64,000 nucleotides of DNA. Origin: Trichinella spiralis. Its lineage: Eukaryota. Each line of letters starts with the position of its first letter. Position 1 is the stretch's first letter. Below the pieces are notes generated by a model. It did not search any database. It was not told the origin of the DNA and saw only the letters and a program-made list of their open reading frames with translations. The DNA lies in contig NW_003526945.1 in the NCBI RefSeq assembly GCF_000181795.1, forward strand, positions 5,369,306 through 5,433,305. The letters run 5' to 3'. Shown in pieces: positions 24,840 to 37,080 of the stretch. Made by a program: the position numbers and the translations under genes.

Positions 24840-27389
24840 CTCGACCACGACAATCCAACCATACTGTACTACTACTGTGGCCACGCTGTTATTTGCCCTC
24901 TGTCCAGTCTTTTAAATTCCAACAATCACAATTGCCCTGAGATGAAAAAACAAACAAATAAATAAATACATTTCCCAGCCGTTCAACAACAACAACAACA
25001 ACGATAATTTTTCACTGTGACATCATTGCCAATAAGAACAACTCAACTGATCACATAATATCAGTAAGAAAAATAATTAAATGAATCGTTACACTGATAA
25101 AATTCAAAAATTCGTTTTTCAAACAGAAAAAAGAATAACAATTAAAATACTCGCATCAATTTTGCTCGGTGTTTTCTGTTCTGTTTGTTTAAATTCATTT
25201 CCATTGCAAGTGATTCATCGATCGACAGGAAAAAAATTAAAAACTGAACAACTGCTTTTGAAAAAAAAGATTTTTTCAAAATTTATAAACACAAATCGTC
25301 CAATAATAAAATATTCGCTCTTTCCCACGAAATAATTGCATAATGTAGAAAAAATAGCTCAACAAAAATTAAAGTCGATCAAAAAGAAGATAAAAAAACT
25401 TCCAAATTCTCTACCAACACACAAATACTTGCATGCATGCATGTAGACGTCCATACGTACACAAGCAGAATAGAGCTTTCTGGGCAAAATATGAAAAGTG
25501 AACAACGCGCAAATGCGAGCAAATGTCAAAAGGGGGTTTTCGGGGGAAAATAAAGAAAAAGAAGAAATTATCATTATATAACCCAAAGCAACGACGGTTC
25601 TCTACTTCAAACAGTGCACAACCGCGTCACGTAAAAAACTGAATGAACTTTTTAACTGTTGCCAGTGAACAATTGTCGACAAACAACAATACTGAAACGC
25701 TTCAGAGCGGCTGTTTACTTCCCATTTGTCACGCAAGAAACAACGTTCTTCTTCTACCCTGTGCAAATTTTGAATTGATCACCAAACTCTCATCATACTG
25801 TAAATTCCACTGAGACGCTCGACGCGCAGTTGCACGGTAAATTAATTGAAGAAAGAAAAAACAACCAGTAAATTGTTCTTGATTATCGTTTTACACAATT
25901 CCATCCTAACCCAATGCAAAACATACAAGAAAAGAAAAAAAAATATCTTCAGTCGATTTTGCAATTTGTGCAAACAAAACAAACAGTTCGTGCGAATAAA
26001 AGCAGTACCAATTCAGTTTTCTTTTTCGAACAGTTGAACAGAAAAACGAAGGGAAATTTTTCAAATTTAACACAACACAACGCAACACAAAACACTTCGG
26101 CGATCAACATTACTAGTTGACAATGATCGAAAAAAATTAATTAAAAAACTGAATAAAAAAAATACCCGCATGCGAACAAACATGACACCGACGCGCAGCA
26201 CAATGCCTAACAAACCTTCTGCATTTATTCTTTCGGGGTCAAGGAAAACCAAAAAAAAAACAGAAAAAAATTCCCCCTCCGCCTCCACCCAATTGGAAAT
26301 CAAAATAATCCTCCTGGATTAAGTTTTGGCTTTTTTCACTTCATTTTGTGACAATTTTGCTGCAATTAATGAAATTTTCCCTTTTTCCCGTCAAAAATAA
26401 CTTATCAATAATCAAACAACAACTGTTGAACCTTCATTTTTTCAAAAAACAAAATGACAAAAAACAACAACAAAATTCGACAAATGTAACATACTTATAT
26501 TCCAACAAAGATGCAGCTGTTTTTGAAATACGTCCAAAACTGCTTCTTTTGAATGATTCAACTGCACAAATAGGTGCATACCACGCACTTCAGAAATTCA
26601 CCAACAGGTCACGGCAAACATTGATTGCTACGCAGAAAAAGAAACAACTTCAAACGATAATCAGTAATTTTAAAAAACTGTAAAATGTTACAATTTATAC
26701 ATATTAAACTAAACTAACACTGTTTTTCCGTTTTCCATTTAATCTTGGGTAAAAAGAGCAAAAAACCACATATCCCAAGCAAAAATTCCCGTTTGCAACA
26801 CGGCATAACACATAAATTACAGCAGAATTGAATTTACAAACTCACAAACTGAACAAAAACCATTCATTATAATAATATCTTACAATACATCAACTGATTC
26901 ACATTAAAATGTAAGGTGCAAAAATAGACGACAAATAAACAACAGCTTTTATATTTAATGGATCATTCTCGAAACGCTGAACAACACAACTATAATATGA
27001 TGCACAAGTGTTCAAATTCGAAACGACAAATAATACAAAACAAATAACTTTTCAACTAAGGCACTTGCACAGATTTTGAAATGCTCAATTCAAGACAATG
27101 AACAATTTCTGTTAGTAAATGCAAAATGTGATAAACAAAAATGTCATACTGTAGACAATTTTGGACAAGTACCCACAATTTATTTAGAATAAAATGCAAA
27201 ATTAATAAAATCAAAATAAAAAATCAACTGATAACAAAATCATAAAAAATTTTCATATACATAAAAAGGAAATAAATGCAATTTTTCAATTGTCAGAAAG
27301 TACAACTTACTGTAATTACTTTGAAAGTATTACAGCACAAGTAAATGCAAGGAAGGGGGGTCAATTTCGGGAACAATATTCACCACGCT

Positions 27390-27505
27390 TTCTTATTGGT
27401 CGCTGCGAGCACTACCTCATTGGACGCTCGTCGCAATTGATTGTATTCGCTGAGCAGTTTTTTCAAGAATTACCAATCAAAAAACGAACTGAACAACCAA
27501 TAAAA
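27390..27505. promoter_or_regulatory. Cluster of four CCAAT boxes, candidate WAVE promoter
   Basis: ATTGG at 27395 and 27419, CCAAT at 27473 and 27497, in a locally GC-richer patch. A minus-strand splice donor (GTAAGT) near 27305-27310 could end a non-coding first exon. Confidence 0.5.
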
Positions 27506-28039
27506 AAACCCGGCCAAAACTGTTTTTGAAATTGACCAAATCAGTTTGACTAATATACAAAATTTGCATTTATAACACTCACCTGAGACTATATCACAAA
27601 ATTTATTGGAATTTATCGGAAGAGTTCACGGCATCGTCTGCAGTAAAAAACAACATGGAAAACTTTTTCTGATATAAATAATTTTTAACTTTTAATTTCA
27701 AAACATCACACAATAATATAATAATTAAAATTTTGATCAATAAAAAAGCCAAAGCACTAATAATTCTTTTATTTAGTCTTTGTTTGTTATTTCCTGAATA
27801 AATGACAGTTACCAGGATATCATACCTGCTAACCAGTTCTACACTTTTGTAGAGATTGCTACCGTAATAAATTCTGACGTGTCCGTCAGTTTTTCAACGC
27901 ATCGCGGCATGAAACCATGGATCATAACGCTATGCTCTTGTTTTTATATACTTATACATTGATGGCATTTCTTCGAGCAGTATTAAACTTATTCAGTAAA
28001 AGAAAATTTTCTTTTACTGTTCCGTTCATCACTGTCACG

Positions 28040-28500
28040 GTGGCTGATATCCCTGAGTTGCGTCTTGCAGCAAATTATTGCAGCGGAATGTCCTTTACGT
28101 GTAAAGGCAGAGCGTGCAAATTGAAATATGCCAGTAAATGGGTGAAATGCTGGTGATGTTCCAAAGTATGTGATGAATGTTTTGAATGTGTTCTTTGTTA
28201 TTAACAATTAGTCTGTTTTGCTGTAGGACAAGCAGGGGTGCGAGGGAGCCACCAATTTGGACCTGACAATTGCGCAAAAGCAGAGACTTCACGTGGAAAC
28301 TTGCCCAGTGGATCAACACTAGGCATACAAAATGGAAAAAAGGCGATATCAAAAAACCGACGTGCGGAAGAAATGAAATCCATCCCCGCTATATATGATG
28401 AAGCTGCCGCTGCATCGACTGAGTCATCAACATCAGGCAATTTTCCACCATTCAGACGGATGAGAAGCATGATGTACAGTCAGCAAAAATAGACCAAACC
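28040..28500 (+). mobile_element. Degenerate FLYWCH/MULE-associated repeat-family ORF
   Basis: VADIPELRLAANYCSGMSFTCKGRACKLKY..KCW*CSK (FLYWCH-like) followed by KKAISKNRRAEEMKSIPAIYDEAAAASTESSTSGNFPPFRRMRSMMY. Resembles a multicopy Mutator-like family I recall from Trichinella. Stops and frameshifts present. Confidence 0.65.
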
Positions 28501-28647
28501 ACAGTGAACGGGCGAAACTCTCCTCCATTTACATGTGCAATCAGGCAGTTTTCCACCATATAGATGGGTGAGAAGCACTATGTATAATCAGCAAAAATAG
28601 ACCAAACCACAGTGAACGGGCGAAACTCTCCTCCATTTACATGTGCA
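28432..28647. repeat. 108-bp tandem duplication (2 copies)
   Basis: atcaggca...acatgtgca at 28432-28539 and 28540-28647. The 3' halves are identical; the 5' halves have several mismatches. Confidence 0.92.
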
Positions 28648-30098
28648 CGTGCGAAGTTGTCGATCGTCACTTAGTCGATTGATCGAAGATGTATAATCCA
28701 TCCCTGGGATTTATGATAAAGAAGTCACAGCCGCCTCCGCTGAGCCATCATCGTCACTTCCGATACCCACAGGTGCAACAAGTTACCTCAGACTTACGAT
28801 AAATCATTAGAAAGAAGAACTTTTACCAGCAATTAAGAGGTCGTAATCTGGTGTAGCGTTTCTCCTGTTGAAATGAGTTCACTCATCGTTTGTTCACACA
28901 ATTTCCGCCCCCTATTTTTGATTGGCTGTTCACTAGTAGGCTTACTGCGTTAAATACTAATTGAACGAATGACTAAGGCAGTTTCATTTGCTGTTCTGCT
29001 TTTATCTGTTATTAAATGATTGTTGTTTATCAAAATTTGAATAAATCTGAGTGTCTGCAACTGACTTGCGTTATATGAGTATGCGTAATCATCATTTTTA
29101 TTATTCATTATTCAAACAGTTATTAGACTTCCTGTTTGAAGTTGTTTTCATATGCGTAGTTTTTACTTGTCATAACGTGTTCTTCGAAGCATAAAGCGAT
29201 TGTGAATATTTTGTGTTATGCTGCAAACTGCAGTGATATTTTACATTCATTTGTTCTTAAATTATGTTCTTAATAAAATTTCCACATTTTCACATTTTAC
29301 TAATGACAAGCCATTTTTTCAACTATTAAATTGATTTTGTAATTTTATTTGTTGAAATTTATGCTGATCAGCCCGTAATATATTGCACAAAAAAGGTTTC
29401 TGCTATTTATTGTATACGCCTGAACTTCATGCAAATATGTAATATGCACTGATTCATTTTACAACGGCAAACAAATGTGAACTATATTACAGTATATTAC
29501 AACTATATTAGATTCATATTGTTTTCAAATTTTTTCATTCCTTTATTGCTATGTTATAGCAAAAATTAATCATTTTCTCATCATTAGGTGAAAATAGCTG
29601 CAATTCAGTTTTAATTGTCATATTCAACTTGATTCAAGTTTAATTTTGCAATGCAGGATTTTTAGAGCACCAGACTTTTGGCTGTGCTATGTTCGTCAAA
29701 AGTCACTTATTTGCGTTAACTCTCATAGACTCATATTTACAAAGCTTCCGAAAAAGCAATTATACTAAGATATTAGAATTATATTGAAACGCAGCAACAG
29801 AGAAAAATGTACCATGAATTGCATCACTGATTCATTTATAAACACAAATGTACTTTTGCTATACTCGATATAGAGAATACAAATATTTGCATACGTATAT
29901 TAAAACTGTTTCAGCTATTATAGAAGCTATTTCTGAAATCTTTGCTGTGTTTAGTAAAATACTTTCGTCCTCAACAACTGTACTTTGAAGAATGCATGAC
30001 TATTTGTGAGAAGGCCATATTTTCAACGTTTCCGTCATCTGAAAAAATGTGCACATCCCATTTTATGCTCAAATAAACTAGCAACTTGTGTTTTGAAG

Positions 30099-31948
30099 TT
30101 AATGGTGTCTCGGCACAGATGGACTATTTCCACGACATTCAGGACAGTACCATTTGCCAGGTGGTGAATAGGTTAGACCAACACATGTCCAGTGTAACCA
30201 CTTGTAGGTGCAATCATCATTGTCACAGGCTACCATTTTATCATCGAAATCCTTAAAATAAATTTCAGTCTTGAGCATCATATCTGATTGGATAAAATAG
30301 TATTACAAATATTTTGCGAATCTGTGCGCAATTAACATTAATAACATAAGCATGAAAATGTTACCAAATTTTCCAATGCATTCAACGAAAAAATGTTAAA
30401 CATATAACCAGTAACGTGAAATAACTTGCTTTCATGCAGAAACAATATATAGTATCATCTTGCGTCTCTTCCGTTAACACACAAGTATCGTCGGTTACAT
30501 CTGAATCAGCAATAGAAGATCGCTTTCCTCCTCGGCAACTTCCACGTCCTCGGCCACGGCCTTTTTTTGCCTGCCGTCCCCTTTTTGATGGTTGATACTT
30601 TCCTGATGACTGGTTATTTTTTCGAGAATATCTGCTTCCTTTTGGTCGGCCTCGTCCTGAGGGCCGGCCTCTTGCGCGTGGTCTACCCACAGGTGCTACG
30701 CAAGGTAATGTTGGCGATGTTTTTATCTTTTCTGAGGCTTCTGATAAGCGTAGCTGTTGTTCCTGTTGCTCTTCTGAAACATATTTTCCTTGAATTAGTT
30801 ATTAATAGTAAATCCCCTTATTCCCATGATTTAACTGCTGAAACATTTAGTGAAGATAATTGATGAATGCTAAATAGCAGAAACTACTTATTACATGCTG
30901 TAAAGATTAAGCAAAAGCTTTATTACGATAATAGATTTTAATTTATCAAAAAAATTGCTTCTCAATCACTTTAGCTCAGATTAAAGCTAATAAGAGGATC
31001 AAATGATGATCAGCAACCTGCAGTTTGCAAATTAATAACTGTTTGTGCCTGTATAAGAGAATTCTTCTAATCGACCAAAATGAATACCAGAATTTTACAG
31101 CAGTATCAACAATTTAATGTAAATAAAAATATCAGAAGATAATTCCAGATCAAAGATTATATAATATTAAAATAAAGAAATCCACTGGTACAGCAACTTC
31201 AACTTTTGTTACTAACGGTTCAGTTTAAGTTATAATTATGCTGCTGAAACATCATCACAATCAAAGTTCTCTTTAATTAATCACAGACAATCAATATTAT
31301 TTAAATAAATTTTACAATTGTCTACAAATTTTCCCTAATGGCTTGAGGTCATTTTGTGAATTACCGTGAGCTACTTAAAAGCTTATAACTAAAATCTTAA
31401 AAGTATGATGTAAGAAAAAATTTGAATACTTTTTACAGCATATTCATAATCTTCGGAATATTTTCTAATGACAGATTGCATTTCATAAGCAATATTTAAC
31501 TTTCTTGAATTAAAATAGTCCAGCTCTGTCATAAATGCATGAAACTGTCGCATTGCTTCCTCGGATTGCTTGTCGATTGTTGAAGTTGCATGTTTCTTAT
31601 GAGCTTCCCTTAGGAAGGCTAAATAAAAAAAAACTAAGTCGAACACACACATGAACTTATCAATATTTTATTTTAATCCAACTGTCGAGCTCAGTGTTCA
31701 GATGAGCAATGTGTTCCATATAAGTAGAAAGCAGCAAAGGCAATGACCCAAAGGTATTAACAAACAGTTTATAAGAAACAGTGAGATCTGCATTGTCAAA
31801 ATCAGGACTACCATTCTTAAATTAATCTTATTCTGTATGCAGTTCAAATATTATAAAAAACAAAGCATACTTCAAATTTTATCACGTCATTATCATCATC
31901 CAGTGAAAAATCAGTCAGCCCTGCATAATCCTCTTGATTTTCTGCCAT
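30099..31948 (-). CDS. Inhibitor-of-growth (ING) family PHD-finger protein, 5 coding exons
   Basis: Exons 31948-31871, 31815-31683, 31618-31430, 30788-30430, 30251-30099. ING-like N-terminal helices (SLPLLL.., [15 protein letters not shown]), a basic linker, and [28 protein letters not shown]...[10 protein letters not shown]. Confidence 0.88.
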
Positions 31949-34900
31949 TTTATAACAAACACAACAATGAAAATCTGTAATAAAAAAGAGCGTAGATAAA
32001 TTTAATACAAAACATAAAAGAGTCTTGCCGTCAACTTTTACTGCAGCATCAGTAATAGTGCAGTTCTGAAAAACGTTTCAGTCAAAAGCGCATGCAACTG
32101 CATAATCGTGATAATTCCACAGTAACCAAAAGCTAAAAACTGAACTTTCTATATATTTTTCAGGTCATACTATAGGAATGTACTGTGAGAGTATGAACGG
32201 TTCTAACACTTATAAAATTTTCTATCATCAAAATCAACTTTTGCTTTTGCGGCATATTTCCAGTCGATCAGTTCATGAAATCCCATGACATAGTTTAGAG
32301 TGCCACACGTTAATGAAATTCTATTATAATGTATCACGTTTTAAACAAGAAAGCGACAGATTAAAAAATAGCCTTTCTCAATAATAATGTGAGGCAGAAG
32401 AAAAGAAATGTAAGTGCCGTTGTATATATCTATTCTATTCTGTTCATAATAAATAACTCGCAGGTGAAATTGATTAATCATCTGATTGGATATTGGTTAA
32501 TTTTCAATGATCCAGCAAACTTACATTTCTCCTTATTGCTACAGGTACATCATATAAATGAATTTTCAAAAAAGCAAAGCAGTTACGCACAGTACATTTA
32601 TAATTGCTTCATAAATGATATTTGAGTAACATAACTGAAGTATTCCATTTCTATAGGTTCAATGGGTGAAGCAAATAATCATAATTACATATCCTTTTGT
32701 ATTAAAGCAGTGAAGAAATTCAGATGATTTCTTTGAAATTTCAATTACACTATGCAATGAATACGTCAACTTTGCAAAAAAACAAGAGGGACTTTATCAT
32801 GCGGAGAAACTGTGATGGATAATGACAACAGTCATATATGATGATATTCAATTCAATATTGAAATATGAAACTTTATTAGTAGAAATTTTCAGTTCAAAT
32901 TAAAAGAATTATTATAAAGTTAAAAAATAAATTTCTATGTCAAAAATTCAGCATGTTAAAGTTTCAGTTATTAATAAATCTACATTGCTTAAAGCAACTG
33001 AATTTTTCCAAGAATTATCTACCTGTAAAGCGAATGGAATTCCTAAATTGGCATTTTAATTAATAGCGTTACGTTAAACAAAATTATAAATGACAGTATT
33101 ATAAACAATTATAATTATAAATGATTATTCAGCTTTGTTTTTTAATTTTTATTTTAGATTTAATCAAAGAATAAAGCACTTGCAATGTGCCCACTTTACC
33201 AAAACACATGTATAGAAACAAAAACAAAAACTGAAAATATTCGACAAAAAAGAAACAAAATTCATTACCACAGAAGTGAAACAAACTCCATACAGTTTAT
33301 AAATCCCACACAGTTCTGTATTGTGCCTCAAGTCCATGTAGCAAGCATAGGATGAAATAATGGAAATTAATTCTGTTTGCATGATTGCTGATGAACCATT
33401 TGCACAACATGATGTGGAATGTGAACAACTTTTTTTACAGTCACTTGGAGATACTCTCATTTTTTTGTTTAAAAATTTCATACCAGCCAAGACAACTTCA
33501 TTATGCTATTTTGTTGCATAAGCATTCAGCGTCAGTACTCCATTGATCAGTTCCATTTATCTTGGTCAGTTTTGAATACCAAATTAAACGCCTCAGCAGG
33601 AATTTTCAGTTTGTCCAAATTTATTTGTACTTTGGATCAAATCATTATTGCCTAACAGCTTTTTGGACTAGCAATTTATCATAAAAAAGTAGAAATGATA
33701 GGATTTATTTTATAATACTTTAAGCAGTGCTCATCAAAGCAACAAATAAAAACCTCACTAATAAAGCTCGATTTTCTGATTTTCATCCGTTGAATAATAA
33801 AGCATTTCTGTTTTTATCAGTTTTACGAACGCACAATTATTTGCTCTCTTTAATTATCAGTTTAAATCAACAAAACGAAAATTTGCATGCAATCATTGGA
33901 ATGCATGAATATTGTTTACTTTCAGAGATTGATTGCAAATAATGCACGCTAATAGTATGCAGTGAGTGCAGCTTTGTGTTTTCACTAAAAAGCAAAACGA
34001 ACATTAAAAAAATCCATTTCATTTTTATTTATATAAACTGTTTTTTCCTTTTCACAACTATACAAAAAGAAAGTAGAAAATTCTGAGTAACTTGAGTTTT
34101 TGATCTATTACTAATCTCATTCTGATTTATCCTTATATCTGGAAAATTGCCTGACTTTGCAATTTATTTAACATTAAACAACTAAAAATAAATTTACTGT
34201 ACATAATTTATTAAACAAAAAAGCATCAGGTTGAACTTAATTGAAATTTTGAAATTTTTAATCTGGCAACTGCAACACTTGCTGAATGAAGCAATTTACT
34301 AGGCCCCAAATAGCAATAACAGAAAGAGCCAACGCAGTATTGCGCAATAAGATATTCATATTGAATCTCATTCTATATTTGACATTGCACATGCACCTTA
34401 TTATTAATTATATTTTTGCTTCATTATTATTATTACAAGTATTAAAGTTATATTACTCAAAATAATGAATAATTACAATTTATGAAGTGAGAATTTGAAT
34501 ATTTTATCGCTTGCACAGATGAAGTTAGCATTCATTTTCTGAAATAGATAATATTATTCACTCGTTCTCATCATTATGAGAATTAGTCAAATAATAGTAG
34601 GTGTTTCTTGTTTCCTTATTATGTAAAAATTTCTTTATTATTTATGCAATTTAAGATTGTGTTTTCAAGCAGATATTTTTATTTTATTATTAAAAGTTAG
34701 AAAAATCACACAACTAGATATATGAAAAAGTGAAGTATTTGCTCCATAGAAATGAGTAACAAAAAAATCAAATTAATTCTTCAGATGTGCTGAAAATGTG
34801 TTCAAAATGACAAATGAGGATGGGGTTGTCAATCTTCATCTTTCGATTTACATGATGCAATTTCCTTTCGTTCACAGACCATTTTTATAAATTGAATCAT

Positions 34901-35029
34901 TCATAATTGAGGTGGATGTTTTCAAAAAAATGGTTTTGAAAAAGATATTTTAATTACATTATTAGCTGCTAAAAACCTCTGAGTTATTTACACTAAATAC
35001 TGTAAACATTGCTGATTTCAACATATCAT

Positions 35030-35280
35030 GATCGTCGGTCTCTTCCACTTCCATCGCCGATAAGACGTCTTCCATGGATTCGTCCATGTGGTATTGCACC
35101 ATAGCAGCTCTACGTTTATCAGGGACGTCTGCCGCTCAGAAATACCTTTCCCTGCGGCTAAACCAACGTTCGGCATCAGAAGACAACGTAAGCGCTTCCA
35201 TCGAGATTATCCAATGTGAATTCTCTGAGATGCTGCCGCGCTCACCAATTCCGCTGGTGTTATTCATTTTGTCCATTATA
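35030..35280 (-). mobile_element. Truncated gag-like LTR-retrotransposon relic
   Basis: MEALTLSSDAERWFSRRERYF*AADVPDKRRAAMVQYHMDESMEDVLSAMEVEETDD resembles the W..R.E.YF...(D/E)..R..L pattern of Ty3/gypsy-type Gag N-termini. In-frame stop and abrupt truncation. PBS-like motif upstream at 35396-35410. Confidence 0.6.
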
Positions 35281-35301
35281 CACGATAAGGGTATTATTAT
35301 A

Positions 35302-35378
35302 ATAGCAAAACTGATTATGTATATATATACATAATCTATATACACATATATATATATATGCATAATCAATTTTGCTAT
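35302..35378. repeat. 28-bp inverted repeat (hairpin) around a TA-rich spacer
   Basis: Left arm atagcaaaactgattatgtatatatata; right arm reverse-complements to atagcaaaattgattatgcatatatata (2 mismatches). Confidence 0.8.
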
Positions 35379-37080
35379 ATATATATATACAGTAATGCCC
35401 GCTGGCGCCATTCGCAAGTTTTGTTTACCACACCATCCTCGCACACACACACAAACACTACTTCCTTTTTCCTTCTACTGTACCTATAAAAGCACATTTG
35501 ATGTTTAGGTATCATCGCCACAAGGAATCAGAACAACATCATTCATTTTATTCAACGTAATTCATTTTGCAATTGCTCACTGTATATTCAAACTCAGATT
35601 TTTATCTTCCATTTTACTTAAAATTGTTTAAATTTATTAATCGCGTTTAAATTTCTTGTTATCTGCCAAATAATTAATGTATATAATTTGAAAAATTTAG
35701 AAATGAAAAATTTTTACTTATAATGTTCCAAAATACAAAACAGAATTTTTTACAACTGATTAAAATGGTGTTTTTCCTTCGTCTAAAGATGTCAACTGTA
35801 TCTTAAGTTCTATTACTAATAATTTAAATGTTGATGAAACTGATTCAATGATAAGTCAATTAAAAAAAAGCACCATGCACATGCACAACTAAATGAGATG
35901 TTCGACCCGCACAAGTAAAAAATCTCAAAATTGGGTCATTCATATACTTTTTTATTCTACCGTCTGTTATCAAATTCAATTTTCAAAATTCATTTATTTG
36001 AAGTCACTTTTTTCATGTAAACTCTAATCACAAGTTGCTTCCATCAAAGAATAAATGCAAATTAACAGTTGCTAGTGTTACCGCCAGAAATTCTTCTTCT
36101 CAGTTTATGTCCATCATATCGTCCCTTATTCAAAGAATTCTTACACTTTCGCGTTGGCAATCTCGCGGATGCTCAGATAGTTCTGTGTCTTATTTCGAAT
36201 ATTTCCACTCTTTTTTGGTATATTTCAACAACTCAAATACAATATGAAATGATGATATCCTGAAGAATTACTAAGCTACTGCCATATGCCATAATCAAAT
36301 TCCGATGTTTACATATAGGACCATCGATGCATGACAAAGAGAACAAAACCAACAGAATGTTTTGAGATCAGCTACGGTATTGATGCAGAACAATGAAAAT
36401 AATAAATTGCACTGAAATGTTGTGCATATTTTGAATGATTGTGACAATCATTAAAGCAATATTTGCTTTATTTTCTTATAAATTAACTTAAATTTGAAGT
36501 TTGAAAAAAACTAATAGTGTAAATTTGTCCATTACTAAAAACAATTTCATGAAATTTTCTGCGCCTAAAAGTAGTATTGAAAATGCAAGCATATTGTAAA
36601 CGGCAGTGAAATATCCAATATGTCAGGTGGAATAATAAAAATTTTCTCGATTACTCATCGCTCACGAAAACAATTAATCACCACAGTAAATTATTAAATT
36701 CATTCACAGAAATATTTCTTTTAATTTTTGATAAAAATACAATTTTTTAAAATATTTTTAAATTCTATAAAACATAATCAAAAGCTGTCCTTTATTTTTG
36801 AAAAAAAATCTCCCTGAATTTCACCTACTGTATCTGTTTGGCATTAATCACTGACCAGATCTGGTTGTTCACTTGTTGCTAATGATGGTGGTGTATCTTT
36901 TGATGTTGTTGTTTTTCAATCAGCTTAATATTTTTTCATTTCTAAAATTTCAAGTGTATATGCTCGTCGTTTTCAACATCTCAAATCATCTAGTTCAAAT
37001 CGTGCCGTTTTCAACGCAAATCAGTTTCGTGAAATTATACTTTTTATGAATTTTGATTTTTTTTCTTTTATAGTGGCAAC

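Noticed and set aside
31816..31870. Possible U12-type intron in the ING gene (donor GTATGCTTT resembles GTATCCTTT)
   Set aside because: The donor mismatches the U12 consensus, there is no TCCTTAAC branch site, and an ordinary short GT-AG intron keeps the frame.
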